This document shows, one piece after another, positions 1-11,100 of a stretch of 64,000 nucleotides of DNA (position 1 is its first letter; each line of letters starts with the position of its first letter). Position numbers and translations under genes: made by a program. The notes beneath the pieces are model-generated. The model was not told the origin of the DNA, did no database searches, and worked only from the letters and a program-made list of their open reading frames with translations. The DNA is taken from contig OZ220089.1 of the NCBI GenBank assembly GCA_964291625.2, positions 3,872,001 to 3,936,000 on the forward strand, written 5' to 3'. This stretch comes from Candidatus Latescibacterota bacterium. Its GTDB lineage: Bacteria; Latescibacterota; UBA2968; UBA8231.

Positions 1-351
1 CCGCCGGGCTTCTTCGACTACTCCGACGAGGACGGGGCCCACATCCTCGAGGCCTCGGTCGGCGTGGACCTCGGCATGGCCAGCGTCATGGCAGCCTTCA
101 ACTTCCTCGGCGACGCCGACGACTCCTTCTGGGTGGAGGCCTCCATCCCGCTGGCGGCGCTCTCCGGCGACACCGAGGTCGGCCTCACCGTGGGCGCCGG
201 CAACGGCATCTACACCAATGACGGCGCCGCCGAGGGCGATCCGATGGTGGCGAGCGTCTCCCTGGACGTCTCCGACGGCGACTACTTCGCCTCGTTCATC
301 CTCAACCCCGACTCGGAGACCACCTTCCTGGTCTTCGGACGCAGCTTCTGA
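1..351 (+). CDS. C-terminal part of a putative outer-membrane beta-barrel (TorF-like porin), 5' truncated by the window
   Basis: Frame is open from base 1 (PPGFFDYSDEDGAHILEASVG...). Alternating amphipathic strands and a terminal Phe (LVFGRSF). Lies directly upstream of glnA, as TorF-like porins often do in nitrogen-assimilation loci. Confidence 0.55.
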   Translation, partial: PPGFFDYSDEDGAHILEASVGVDLGMASVMAAFNFLGDADDSFWVEASIPLAALSGDTEVGLTVGAGNGIYTNDGAAEGDPMVASVSLDVSDGDYFASFILNPDSETTFLVFGRSF

Positions 352-474
352 GGACCCGGCTCTCCCCGGGTGGGCGGCGCCGCTCCAGGTGGCCCGCCCG
401 GGGATCAGGCCCTATCATTTTCCGGTTCCCCGCGAAACACACCCTTCCGCTCAATCCCCTGCAGGAGGACAGGA

Positions 475-1947
475 ATGGCAAAGACCAAGACCGCAGCAAG
501 GAAGAAGAAGGCACCGGCGCCGAGCGCCCCCTCGGGCGGCTCCGTCGTCGCCCAGGCCAAGCGCGACGGCGTGCAGATGGTCGACTTCAAGTTCGTCGAC
601 TTCCCGGGCACCTGGCAGCACTTCTCGATCCCGGTGAACGAGTTCGAGGCCGACATGTTCGAGGACGGCCTCGGTTTCGACGGCTCGAGCATCCGCGGCT
701 GGCAGGCGATCAACGAGTCGGACATGCTCGTCATGCCCGACCCGTCGACGGCGTTCATGGACCCCTTCACCCAGCACAAGACGCTGTCTCTCATCTGCGA
801 CATCGTCGACCCGATCACGCGCGAGGACTACGGCCGGGACCCGCGCAACGTCGCCCGCCGGGCCGACGCCTACCTGAAGGGGACGGGCATCGCCGACACG
901 GCCTACTTCGGCCCCGAGGCGGAGTTCTTCGTCTTCGACAGCATCCAGTACGACCAGAACGCCCACTCCGGGTACTACTTCATCGACTCCGTCGAGGGCC
1001 GCTGGAACTCGGGCGCCGCCGAGGAGCCCGGCAACCTCGGCTACAAGCCGCCGTACAAGGGCGGCTACTTCCCGGTGCCCCCCCACGACACGCTGCAGGA
1101 CATCCGCTCGGAGATGGTCCTCACCATGATCGACTGCGGCCTCGAGATCGAGCTGCAGCACCACGAGGTCGGCACCGCCGGCCAGGGGGAGATCGACATC
1201 AAGTACTGCCCCATGGTCGAGTGCGGCGACGGCATGATGATCTACAAGTACGTGGTCAAGAACGTGGCCCGGAAGCACGGCAAGACCGCGACCTTCATGC
1301 CCAAGCCCCTCTTCGAGGACAACGGCACCGGCATGCACTGCCACCAGAGCCTGTGGAAGGGCGGCAACCCCCTCTTCGCGGGCAACGGCTACGCCGGCCT
1401 GAGCGACATGGCCATCTACTACATCGGCGGCATCCTCCGCCACGCCCGGTCCATCCTGGCCTTCACCAACCCGACGACCAATTCCTACCGGCGCCTGGTG
1501 CCCGGGTACGAGGCGCCCGTCAATCTGGCATACAGCCAGCGCAACCGCTCGGCGGCGGTGCGCATCCCCATGTACTCGGCCAGTCCCAAGGCCAAGCGCA
1601 TCGAGTTCCGCTGCCCCGACCCGAGCTGCAACATCTACCTGGCCATGTCGGCGATGCTCATGGCGGGCCTCGACGGCATCCAGAACAAGATCGATCCGGG
1701 CGAGCCGATGGATAAGGACATCTACGACCTCGAGGCCGATGAGCGCGGGTCCGTGCCCCTGACCCCGGCGTCGCTGGACGAGGCGATCCAGGCCCTGGAG
1801 GAGGACCACGAGTTCCTGCTCAAGGGCGACGTCTTCACCGAGGACGTGATCCAGGCGTGGATCACCTACAAGCGCGAGGAGGAGGTCGACGCCATCCGCC
1901 TGCGTCCGCACCCGTACGAGTTCGCTCTGTACTACGACATGGTCTGA
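475..1947 (+). CDS. glnA: Type I glutamine synthetase
   Basis: Motifs [48 protein letters not shown] and [16 protein letters not shown] at 463-468 precedes ATG 475. Confidence 0.97.
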   Translation: MAKTKTAARKKKAPAPSAPSGGSVVAQAKRDGVQMVDFKFVDFPGTWQHFSIPVNEFEADMFEDGLGFDGSSIRGWQAINESDMLVMPDPSTAFMDPFTQHKTLSLICDIVDPITREDYGRDPRNVARRADAYLKGTGIADTAYFGPEAEFFVFDSIQYDQNAHSGYYFIDSVEGRWNSGAAEEPGNLGYKPPYKGGYFPVPPHDTLQDIRSEMVLTMIDCGLEIELQHHEVGTAGQGEIDIKYCPMVECGDGMMIYKYVVKNVARKHGKTATFMPKPLFEDNGTGMHCHQSLWKGGNPLFAGNGYAGLSDMAIYYIGGILRHARSILAFTNPTTNSYRRLVPGYEAPVNLAYSQRNRSAAVRIPMYSASPKAKRIEFRCPDPSCNIYLAMSAMLMAGLDGIQNKIDPGEPMDKDIYDLEADERGSVPLTPASLDEAIQALEEDHEFLLKGDVFTEDVIQAWITYKREEEVDAIRLRPHPYEFALYYDMV

Positions 1948-1976
1948 GCCACCCCGCACCGACCGCGGGTCGACAC

Positions 1977-2020
1977 CAGGGGAGGTCCCCACAAGCATCG
2001 GGGATCTCCCCTGTTTTGTT
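1977..2020 (+). terminator. Rho-independent terminator after glnA
   Basis: 14-bp stem caggggaggtcccc / ggggatctcccctg (one G-U pair), 9-nt loop, followed by ttttgtt. Confidence 0.85.
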
Positions 2021-2027
2021 GCCGGCC

Positions 2028-2033
2028 TATATT
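2028..2033 (+). promoter_or_regulatory. Putative -10 box of a leaderless hemC promoter
   Basis: TATATT lies 7 nt before the hemC ATG, and no SD sequence is present. Confidence 0.45.
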
Positions 2034-2040
2034 CCCGGGC

Positions 2041-2970
2041 ATGCCACCCGACGCCCCAGCCCTCGTCATCGGGACCCGCGGCAGCCCCCTGGCCACGAGG
2101 CAGGCCGGCCTCGTGCGCGACGCCCTGGCCGGGCGCTTCGGGGACGAGCTGCCGGCGGAGGTGCGGGTGGTGCGCACCCGGGGCGACGTCGACCGCCGCT
2201 CCCTGTCGCAGATCGGCGGCCAGGGGGTGTTCACCGCCGAGCTGGAGCGGGCCCTGGTCGACGGCCGCGTCGACCTCGCCGTCCACAGCCTGAAGGACCT
2301 GCCCACGACCATGGACCCGCGCCTGCGGCTGGCCGCCGTGCCCGAGCGCGAGGACGTGCGCGACATCCTCGTCAGCCGCGGCGGCGCCGGCCTCGAGGAC
2401 CTGCCCGCGGGCGCCGCGGTGGCCACCGGCAGCGCCCGCCGCCGGGCGCTGCTGGCCGCGGTCCGGCCCGACCTGACCTTCGTCGACCTGCGCGGCAACG
2501 TCGACACCCGCCTCGCCAAGGTCGCCGCCGGCCGGGTGGACGCCGTGGTCCTGGCCGCCGCCGGCCTGCGTCGCCTCGGCCGCGAGCAGGAGATCAGCTG
2601 CTTTCTCGACCCCCTCACCGTGCTGCCCGCCCCCGGCCAGGGCGCCCTCGGCCTGCAGATGCGCGCCGATGACGGCCGCGCCGGCCTCGTGGAGGCGCTC
2701 AGCCACCCCCCCACCCTGGCGGCGGTCACCGCCGAGCGCGCCTTCCTCGCCGGCCTCGGCGGCGGCTGCGGCACCCCCATCGGCGCCTGGGGCCGGCCCG
2801 AGGACGGAGAGCTGCGCGTCGACGGCGCCGTACTGAGCCCGGACGGCCGCGACTCGACCCGGGACTCGGTGCGCGGCCCCCTGGAGGCGGCGGACCAACT
2901 GGGCGCCGACCTGGCCGGGCGCGTGAAGGCCGGCGGCGGCCAGGCGATCCTCTCGGCCTGCGCCGCCTGA
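2041..2970 (+). CDS. hemC: Hydroxymethylbilane synthase (porphobilinogen deaminase)
   Basis: IGTRGSPLA, AVHSLKDLP, TGSARRRA, LRGNVDTRL, LPAPGQGALG and the cofactor Cys in GGGCGTPIG. Confidence 0.96.
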   Translation: MPPDAPALVIGTRGSPLATRQAGLVRDALAGRFGDELPAEVRVVRTRGDVDRRSLSQIGGQGVFTAELERALVDGRVDLAVHSLKDLPTTMDPRLRLAAVPEREDVRDILVSRGGAGLEDLPAGAAVATGSARRRALLAAVRPDLTFVDLRGNVDTRLAKVAAGRVDAVVLAAAGLRRLGREQEISCFLDPLTVLPAPGQGALGLQMRADDGRAGLVEALSHPPTLAAVTAERAFLAGLGGGCGTPIGAWGRPEDGELRVDGAVLSPDGRDSTRDSVRGPLEAADQLGADLAGRVKAGGGQAILSACAA

Positions 2971-2981
2971 GCCGCCCCCCC

Positions 2982-4526
2982 GTGGAGCATCCCCCCGAGG
3001 CCGTCGAGGGCCGCGTCTACATCGTCGGCGCCGGTCCCGGCGACCCCGGCCTGCTGACCCTCAAGGGCGCCCGCCTTCTCGCGGAGGCGGACATCGTGTT
3101 CTACGACGACCTGGTCGACCGGCGGCTGCTGGAGCACACCCGGCGGGGGTGCGAGCTGGTGGCCGCCGGCCACCGCGGCGGCGGCAGCGCCCGCCGCCAG
3201 GAGGAGCTGAGCCGGCGGCTGGTGGCCGAGGCCCGCGCCGGGCGCCGGGTGGTGCGCCTGAAGGGCGGCGATCCCTACATCTTCGGCCGCGGCGGCGAGG
3301 AGGCCCTGGCCCTGGCCGAGGCGGGGGTGCCCTTCGAGGTCGTCTGCGGCGTCACCGCCGCCTCCGGGGCCCCGACCTACGCCGGCATCCCCCTCACCCA
3401 CCGGGGCCTGGCCGCCGCCGCGGTCCTGGTCACCGGCCACGAGGACCCGTCGAAGCCGGAGTCCGGCGTCGACTGGCCGCGGCTGGCCCGGGTGCCGGGG
3501 ACCCTGGTCGTCTTCATGGGCAGCCGCAAGGTCGGCGCCATCTGCGAGGCCCTGGTCGCCGGCGGTCGGGCGCCGGAGACGCCGGCGGCGGCGATCCAGT
3601 GGGGCACCTGGCCCCGGCAGAAGACGGTGACGGCCACCCTGGAGAGCCTCGCCGGGCAGGTGGAGTCCGCGGGCCTGGCGTCGCCGACCCTGATCGTCGT
3701 GGGCGAGGTCGTCGGCCTGCAGGACAAGCTCTCCTGGTTCGAGACCCGCCCCCTCTTCGGCCGCCGCATCCTGATCACCCGCAGCCGCGAGCAGGCCGGC
3801 CCCCTGCGGCTGATGCTGGAGTCGGAGGGCGCCGAGGTCCACCTGCTGCCGCTGCTGGAGATCGGCCCCCCCGACGACTGGACCGCCCTCGACGGCGCCC
3901 TGTCGAGGCTCGCCGACTTCGCCTGGGTCGTGTTCACCAGTCCCAACAGCGTCGAGTTCGTCCACGACCGCCTGCGCCGGCTGGGGCGGGACTCGCGCGC
4001 CTACGGCGGCGCCCGGGTGGCCGCCGTCGGCCTGTCCACGGGCCAGCTGCTGCGGGAGCGCGGCGTCGAGCCGGATCTCGTGCCCGAGGTCCACTCCGCC
4101 GCCGGCCTGGCCGCCGCCTTCGAGGCCGTCGACCTCACCGGCGCCGAGGTCCTCCTGCCCGCCTCCTCCATCGGCCGCACCGAGCTGGACGAGAGCCTCG
4201 CCGGCCGCGGCGCCCTCGTGTTCCGGGTGACGGCCTACGAGAACCGCCCTCCCGACCCCGCCTCCGTCGAGCTGCCCGAGGCCCTGACCGGGGGCCGCCT
4301 CGACTGCGCCGTCTTCGCCAGCCCCTCCAGCGTGCGCAACTTCCTCGCCGTCACCGGCCGCGAGGCCGGCCTGGAGCACCTCCGCCGCCTCGACGTCGCC
4401 GCCATCGGCCCGACCACGGCCCGGGCGGTGGCCGACCTCGGCCTGGAGGTGGCCGTGCAGCCGGCCCAGAGCAGCGTGCCCGCCCTCGTGCGGGCCCTGT
4501 GCGAGCACTATGGCGGCCGGCGCTGA
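2982..4526 (+). CDS. cobA: Fused uroporphyrinogen-III C-methyltransferase / uroporphyrinogen-III synthase (CobA-HemD)
   Basis: N-terminal VGAGPGDPGLLT and RLKGGDPYIFGRGGEE. C-terminal HemD motifs ILITRSREQ, VFTSPNSV, FASPSSVRNF and AIGPTTA. Confidence 0.93.
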   Translation: MEHPPEAVEGRVYIVGAGPGDPGLLTLKGARLLAEADIVFYDDLVDRRLLEHTRRGCELVAAGHRGGGSARRQEELSRRLVAEARAGRRVVRLKGGDPYIFGRGGEEALALAEAGVPFEVVCGVTAASGAPTYAGIPLTHRGLAAAAVLVTGHEDPSKPESGVDWPRLARVPGTLVVFMGSRKVGAICEALVAGGRAPETPAAAIQWGTWPRQKTVTATLESLAGQVESAGLASPTLIVVGEVVGLQDKLSWFETRPLFGRRILITRSREQAGPLRLMLESEGAEVHLLPLLEIGPPDDWTALDGALSRLADFAWVVFTSPNSVEFVHDRLRRLGRDSRAYGGARVAAVGLSTGQLLRERGVEPDLVPEVHSAAGLAAAFEAVDLTGAEVLLPASSIGRTELDESLAGRGALVFRVTAYENRPPDPASVELPEALTGGRLDCAVFASPSSVRNFLAVTGREAGLEHLRRLDVAAIGPTTARAVADLGLEVAVQPAQSSVPALVRALCEHYGGRR

Positions 4527-5550
4527 GGGGGAGCGCCGCTTCGGCGCCGGCAAGCTGCCCGCGACGGTTCTGGATGAACTGCTGACTCGCTTTGCGGGGG
4601 GACCTGATCCTCGCCTCCTGGTGCCCCCCGGCGTCGGCGAGGACGCCGCCGTCGTCGACTTCGGCGACCGCTGCCTGGTGGCCAAGACCGATCCCATCAC
4701 CTTCGCCACCGACCGCATCGGCTGGTACGCCGTCCACGTCAACGCCAACGACATCGCCGCCATGGGGGCGGTGCCGAAGTGGTTCCTGGCCTCGGTGATC
4801 GTCCCCGAGGAGCTGGCCACCCGGGCCCTCTTCGAGCAGGTGATGGGGCAGATCCACCAGGCCTGCGGGGAGCTGGGCGTGACCGTGGCCGGCGGCCACA
4901 CGGAGGTCTCCTTCGGCATGGACCGGCCCCTCGTGGTGGGCCAGATGCTCGGCGAGGTGAGCCGCGGCGGCGTGGTCCGTTCCTCCGGCCTGCGGCCGGG
5001 GGACGCGCTGCTGCTGACCAAGGGGATGGCCATCGAGGCCACGGCGATCATCGCCGCCGAGAAGCGGGACGAGCTGCGGTCCCGCGGCTGGAGCGAGGCC
5101 GACCTGGACCGCTGCGCCGGCTACCTGGACGACCCCGGGATCAGCGTCGTCGCCGACGCCCGGACGGCGCTGGCGGCCGGGGGCGTCCACGCCCTGCACG
5201 ACCCCACCGAGGGCGGCGTGGCCACGGGGCTGGCGGAGATGGCCTGGGCCTCGGGTGCGGGGCTGGAGATCGACGGCGGGGCCCTGCCGGTCAGCGACGA
5301 GTCGCGGCGCCTGTGTGCGGAGTTCGGGCTGGACCCCTTCGGCGTGATCTCCTCGGGCGCCCTGCTCATCGGCTGCGATCCGGAGGCGGCCGCGGACGTG
5401 ATCTCCGCGCTCCAAGGGCAGGGCATCGCCTGCGCCCGCATCGGCACGGCGAGGGAGGCGGGATTCGGCCTGCGCCTGCGTCAGCCGGACGGCGCCCTCG
5501 TCGAGCTGCCCCGGTTCGAGGTCGACGAGATCACCCGGCTCTTCGCGTGA
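4510..5550 (+). CDS. AIR synthase-related (PurM/HypE/ThiL superfamily) ATP-dependent protein
   Basis: GKLP..GEDAAVVD, KTDPITF, VNANDIAAMG, GGHTE and LHDPTEGG. Overlaps the cobA-hemD stop. Confidence 0.85.
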   Translation: MAAGAEGERRFGAGKLPATVLDELLTRFAGGPDPRLLVPPGVGEDAAVVDFGDRCLVAKTDPITFATDRIGWYAVHVNANDIAAMGAVPKWFLASVIVPEELATRALFEQVMGQIHQACGELGVTVAGGHTEVSFGMDRPLVVGQMLGEVSRGGVVRSSGLRPGDALLLTKGMAIEATAIIAAEKRDELRSRGWSEADLDRCAGYLDDPGISVVADARTALAAGGVHALHDPTEGGVATGLAEMAWASGAGLEIDGGALPVSDESRRLCAEFGLDPFGVISSGALLIGCDPEAAADVISALQGQGIACARIGTAREAGFGLRLRQPDGALVELPRFEVDEITRLFA

Positions 5551-5584
5551 CAGCGCCCGGCGACTGGGACCCCGGGCGGCGTCT

Positions 5585-5610
5585 GCCCGGGAGACCCGGG
5601 CGTTTTTCTT
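5585..5610 (+). terminator. Rho-independent terminator
   Basis: Stem gcccggg/cccgggc followed by gtttttctt. Confidence 0.6.
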
Positions 5611-5648
5611 CGAGGTGAGAGGCGGACTACAATCAGAGGAGGAGACAG

Positions 5649-6422
5649 ATGCGCGACCGGCGGATCCTGATCGGCGACTACACACGAAGGGAGTTCCGGG
5701 AGATGCTCCAGGCCGGCACCCTGAAGGCGGCCATCGTGCCCACGGGGACCACGGAGCAGCACCTCGAGCACCTGGAGATGTGTCACGACAGCGCCAGCGT
5801 GACGCTGGTGGCGCACCGGGCGGCCACCGCCTTGCACCCGGCCGTGGTCGTGGCGCCCACGGTCCAGGTGGGCGTGTCCGAGCACCACATGATGCATCCG
5901 GGCACGCTGACGACGCGGGTGGGCACCTTCCTGGACTACGTCTTCGACATCTGTGAGAGCATCACCCGCGCCGGCATCGAGCGCGTGCTGATCCTCAACG
6001 GCCACGGGGGGCACATGCACCCGCTGCGCAAGGAGCTGACCCGCTACCGCCAGCTGCTGGGCCCCGGCATCGTCTACGCCACGTACTGGGATCTCTACTC
6101 CGACGACGAGGTCTACTCCCTGGTGCGCAGCCAGCGGGTGCCGGGTCACGCCAACGAGTTCGAGACCGCCTTCGCCCTGGCCGCCTTCCCCGAGCGGGTG
6201 CGCGAGGAAGCGATCGAAGACGCGGGCGCCGGCCTCGCCACGCGCGAGCAGGGGGAGCGGGCCATCGAGATCGTCGTGCCCCACGTGGAGCGCCTGCTGC
6301 GCCGCATGATCGCCGGCGAGAGCCCGACCGTGGAGCCCCGCTCCTTCCGCCCGGAGGGCACCGTTGTCGGGGCCGAGAGCTTCCCCTACCAGGCCGGCCG
6401 AGCGGAGTCGGACCGATGTTGA
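5649..6422 (+). CDS. Creatininase / amidohydrolase family protein
   Basis: PTGTTEQHLEHL..HD, GVSEHH, NGHGG and GHANEFET metal-binding motifs. Strong RBS (gaggagg), with TACAAT at 5628-5633. Confidence 0.88.
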   Translation: MRDRRILIGDYTRREFREMLQAGTLKAAIVPTGTTEQHLEHLEMCHDSASVTLVAHRAATALHPAVVVAPTVQVGVSEHHMMHPGTLTTRVGTFLDYVFDICESITRAGIERVLILNGHGGHMHPLRKELTRYRQLLGPGIVYATYWDLYSDDEVYSLVRSQRVPGHANEFETAFALAAFPERVREEAIEDAGAGLATREQGERAIEIVVPHVERLLRRMIAGESPTVEPRSFRPEGTVVGAESFPYQAGRAESDRC

Positions 6423-7270
6423 CGGAAGCACAGGTCGCCGCCTACCGCCGCGACGGCTTCACGGTCTGCGGGGGATTCCTGTCGCAGGCCGAGGTGGACG
6501 ACCTGCTGGGCGAGGCCGACGCGGTCTGCGCCGGCAGCACCCGGCGGAGCCACGACGCCGCACGCCTGGAGATGGAGCCCGACCAGCCGCCGGAGGGCAC
6601 GGCGGTGCGCCGCCTGTACGAGCCGTGCTCCTACTACCCGGTGGCCCGCGCCCTGTCGGAGCTGGACCGCCTGCTGAGCGTGGTCGAGCAGCTGTGCGGG
6701 CCGAACCTGGTGTTCCACTACAGCAAGCTGAACGTGAAGCCGGCCGAGGTCGGCTCCGTGGTCGAGTGGCACCAGGACCTGGCATACTACCCGCTGACGA
6801 ACCGCGACAGCCTGGCGGTGCTGTTCTACCTGGACCAGACCGACGGCGACAACGGCGCCCTGCAGCTGCTGCCCGGCCGCCACGACTCGGTGCTGCTGGA
6901 GCACACCCGGGACGGCTACTTCCAGGGGCGCGTCACCGAGGCGGTGGACGAGGCGGAGGCGGTCTCGGTCGAGGGCCGCGCCGGCACGGCCATCTTCATG
7001 CACGGCCTGACGCCCCACGCCTCGGCGCCGAACCGGTCGCGGAGGCCGCGGCGGACCCTGATCCTCAGCTACCGGGCGGCCGACGCCTTCCCCATCTACT
7101 GTGGTCCCATGACCCACAAGGCGGAGGCCCACGTGCGCCTGATTCGAGGGGAGCCGGCGCGGGAGGCGCGCTTCGATCAGGACAGCTTCCCGATCCCGCG
7201 ATACCAGGGCGAGATCGCCTCCCTGTACGACCTGCAGGAACGGTCCCGGCTGGCCGGGCAGGGATCGTAG
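6416..7270 (+). CDS. Phytanoyl-CoA dioxygenase (PhyH) family Fe(II)/2OG oxygenase
   Basis: Start LTEAQVAAYRRDGF, WHQD, NGALQLLPG and PHASAPNRSRRPR. Confidence 0.9.
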   Translation: MLTEAQVAAYRRDGFTVCGGFLSQAEVDDLLGEADAVCAGSTRRSHDAARLEMEPDQPPEGTAVRRLYEPCSYYPVARALSELDRLLSVVEQLCGPNLVFHYSKLNVKPAEVGSVVEWHQDLAYYPLTNRDSLAVLFYLDQTDGDNGALQLLPGRHDSVLLEHTRDGYFQGRVTEAVDEAEAVSVEGRAGTAIFMHGLTPHASAPNRSRRPRRTLILSYRAADAFPIYCGPMTHKAEAHVRLIRGEPAREARFDQDSFPIPRYQGEIASLYDLQERSRLAGQGS

Positions 7271-7289
7271 GCTGGGTCATGGTCTTCGC

Positions 7290-8042
7290 GTGACGCCCAA
7301 GGACAGGGACCTCAGGCGGCGGCTGCAGGCCCAGTGGGAGGAGGCGGTGGAGGACTGGATCGGCCACGACCAGGCGGTGCGCACCGACTTCCTCGACGAC
7401 TGGGTCCTCGCCGCCCTCGGCGAGGTCGCCGGCCGCCGCGTCCTCGACATCGGCTGCGGCGAGGGCCGCTTCTGCCGGGTGCTGGCCGGCCTCGGCGCGG
7501 AAGTCACCGGCCTCGATCTCACGGCGGCCCTCATCGACCGGGCCCGCTCCGAAGGCTCCGACGGCGAGACCTACCTCGTGGGCGACGCCGAGGAGTTGGC
7601 TGGTCTCGGCGACGGGGCGTTCGACCTCGCCGTCTCCTACATCGTCCTGGTCGACGTCCACGACCACCGCCGCGCCATCGACGCGGCCTTCCGCGTCCTG
7701 CGCCCGGGCGGCCGCCTGGTGGTCTGCAACATCCACCCCATGCGCATGTCCCAGCCCGGCGGCTGGATCCGCCAGGGCCCGCGCAAGCTGTTCTATCCCG
7801 TGGACGACTACATGCGCGAAGGCCCGCGGGAGTTCCACTGGTGGCGCCCCGGCTTCCTCAACATGCACCGGACCCTGTCCAGCTACGTCTCCGCCTTCCT
7901 GGAGGCGGGGTTCGTCCTGGAGGCGCTGCATGAGCCGGTGCCGACGGCGGAGCAGCTGGAGCGGAACCCGACCTGGGAGGACGAGTTCCGCGCGCCGAAC
8001 TTCATCGTGTACGTGCTGGGGAAGGCGGGGGACTCTTGCTGA
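7290..8042 (+). CDS. Class I SAM-dependent methyltransferase
   Basis: VLDIGCGEG motif I, FDL, VLRPGGRL and HRTLSSY. Confidence 0.9.
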   Translation: MTPKDRDLRRRLQAQWEEAVEDWIGHDQAVRTDFLDDWVLAALGEVAGRRVLDIGCGEGRFCRVLAGLGAEVTGLDLTAALIDRARSEGSDGETYLVGDAEELAGLGDGAFDLAVSYIVLVDVHDHRRAIDAAFRVLRPGGRLVVCNIHPMRMSQPGGWIRQGPRKLFYPVDDYMREGPREFHWWRPGFLNMHRTLSSYVSAFLEAGFVLEALHEPVPTAEQLERNPTWEDEFRAPNFIVYVLGKAGDSC

Positions 8043-8105
8043 GGGTTTGGCGGCGGGGAGCCTTTCCTCTCGAGATGGCGCAGTAGTTCATGCAAGGAAA
8101 CCCGA

Positions 8106-11100
8106 ATGCATCTCACTGATTGGTACGACGACTGCCGCCGGCTGGCGGCACTGGTCCACCGGCTCGGAATCTGCCTTCTGAGCGCCGGGATGGCCGGGTG
8201 GGCAGAGCCGGCGGCGGCGCAGGATGGTGAGGCCGCTGAGCTGTGTCGGAACGGGGTAGTCGTGCCCGACCCGCAGGACCATCCAGGCTTGGTGGCTGAT
8301 TGCGGGGCCCTTCTGGGTGCACGAAACAGGTGGGCAGAAACAGTTGTCAGTTGGCAAATCGACAAGACTCCGACATGGAGCGTGGAAACACCGATCACCC
8401 AGTGGGAGGGTATCTCGGTGAGCGATACCGGGGTCACCGAACTAAGCCTCGTCGACAGGAGGCTGAGAGGAGAGATCCCTGCCGAATTGGGTCAACTCAC
8501 CCAACTGGAGAGGCTGGATCTGCGAAATAACTACCAGACGGTGATACCTCCTGAGATAGGACAACTGAAGAAGCTCGAGATCCTGCTACTCTCCAGGAAC
8601 CGATTCGAGGCGATCCCTCTCGAACTGAGCCAACTGACTGACCTGAGGAGACTGGAACTCGGAAGCAATAAGCTGAATGGTCCGATCCCGCCTGGACTTG
8701 CCAACCTAACCCAACTGGAGAGGCTTGGCTTGGGCTGGAACTGCTTGTCCGGGGCGATTCTCCCCGAGTTGGGTCAGTTGGCTCGGCTGCAGAGGCTGGA
8801 CCTCGCGGGCAACCTGCTGACCGGTGGGCTTCCGCCCGAGTTGGGGCGATTGCATTCCCTGCAGCGGCTGGAGCTCCAGGATAACGACCTGACCGGTGCC
8901 ATCCCCGCCGAGTGGGGTCAACTGGCGGAAGTTGAGTGGTTGGATCTCAAGGACAACGACTTGAGCGGCGTGCTCCCCGCCGAGATGGGCCGATTGGCCT
9001 CGCTGGAGCGGCTGTATCTCTCGAACAATGACCTGACGGGGGAACTTCCTCCCGAGTGGGGCCAACTGTCGGAACTGATGTGGCTGGAACTCGAGGACAA
9101 CGACTTGTCCGGTGTGATTCCTCCCGAGTTGGGGCAACTGGCGGCCCTGCTGCGGTTGGACCTCTCTCGCAACGGGTTGGAGGTGATTCCATCCGAGTTG
9201 GGCAGGATGAGTTCCTTGCGGGAGTTGTACCTGGGCGACAACGAGTTGAGGAGCCCCATACCGCCGGGGCTGGGCGAGCTCGCCGAGCTGCGTAGGCTGG
9301 TCCTATCGGAGAACAAGCTGACCGGAACGATCCCGGCCGAGTTGGGTCAATTGAGCGAACTGCAGTGGTTGTATCTCTCGAACAACGACTTGATGGGCAG
9401 AATCCCTCCCGAGTTGGGTCAACTGGCCGCCTTGCAGGAGTTGCACCTCTCCGGCAATGCCCTGAGTGGGCCGATTCCGCCCGAGCTGGGCCATCTGACG
9501 GAGCTCAGGAATCTCAACCTTTCCCACAACCAGTTGACGGGGTCGGTCTCATCCGCATTGGGATTTCTGATGGAACTGGGGGCTCTCAGGAACTTGGACC
9601 TCTCCCACAACCGGCTGATCGGGCCAATACCGCCAGGTTACCCGCCCTCGCGGCCCAAGGTGAACCTCTCCGGCAACGAGATGATCTGCCTGCCGGATTC
9701 GCTGGCAGGTGCCTTTGGCGGCGTTCCGGCCTGTGGAGAGCCGCCTCACCTGGTGCCGACGGAGGGCAGGATCTACTGGACGGACCTGCCTTCGGGAGAC
9801 GTCCGGCGGGCCGACCTGGATGGCTCGAACATCAAAGTGATACTCGATGGGGGAGTCAGGAGCCCGGAGGCCGTCGCACTGGATCTGGCCGCAGGCAAGA
9901 TGTACTGGGCGAATTGGGACGGAGTTGCCGGGAAGATCCAACGAAGTGATCTGGACGGCTCGAGTCTCGAAACCATCTTGACCGGGCTGGGTCACCCAGG
10001 AAGGATCGCCTTGGATCCGGATGCCGGCAGGATCTACTACACGACCTACTTCCACTATTGGAACGAGGTGCAGTTTACAGGTGGCAGTATTCAGCGCGCA
10101 CGACTGGATGGCTCGGATGTGGAGATTCTGCTGGAGGGTCATGTCTACGACCACAACTTCGGCCCCTTCGCCGACATCGCCCTGGACTTGAGCGCAGGCA
10201 AGATGTACATGACAGACGGGCTTACCATCGAGCGAGCCGACCTGGACGGCTCGGACCTCGGATTCTGTCTGGACCCGCACACCAGCATCAATGGCATCGC
10301 CTTGGACGTTCCCCGGGGCAAGATGTACTGGTCGGATGCCCACGGCATCCACCGGGCGGACCTGGACGGCTCGAACAGGGAACCTCTCGTCACATTGTCC
10401 GGGCAAGCGAAGCCGAGGAGCCTCACTCTGGACCTCGAGGGCGGCACCATGTACTGGATGGACTCGAGACGCGTGATCCACCGGGCGGACCTGGACGGCT
10501 CCGATCCCAAGCCCTTCTTCACCGAGGCGGAGGATCTTGGAGGGCTCGCCTTCGACATGCCGGGCAACAAGATCTACTGGACGGAGACCGAAGCGGAGAC
10601 GATTCAGCGGGCCGACCTGGATGGAAGGAATGTCGAAGCCCTGTTCACACGAATACCGAGGACTCCTGTCGGCCTGGCCCTGGACTTGGCCGGCAACAGG
10701 ATCTATTGGACGGACTGGGCAACGAACATGATTCATCGGGCGGACCTCGACGGAGCCAATGTGGAAGCCCTGGCCGGAGGATTGACGGCCCCGGTGGGGA
10801 TTGCCCTGGACGCGCCCCGGGGCAGGATGTATTGGACGTATCGGGACACGAGCGTGATCCAGCGGGCGGATCTGGACGGCGCGAACACCGAGGATCTCTT
10901 CACGGTAGAGGATCTCCTCATGGCACCAGATCATCCTGATGAACACCCACGCCTGCGTCCACGGAGCATCGGGCCGGGAATGGGGGGCCTGGCCCTGGAC
11001 CTGGCGGCGGGCAGGATGTACTGGACAGTCTGGCGCAGGGCGCGCGATGGACCGTCCCGCGACTATTGTTTCGGTATGACCTATAGCATTCGGCGAGCCC

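Noticed and set aside
451-5051. Long minus-strand ORFs (815 aa, 1039 aa) opposite glnA and the hem genes
   Set aside because: Antisense shadows caused by high GC3. The plus strand carries unambiguous enzyme motifs.
4510-5550. hypE or thiL assignment
   Set aside because: Only superfamily-level motifs are present and there is no supporting hydrogenase or thiamine context.
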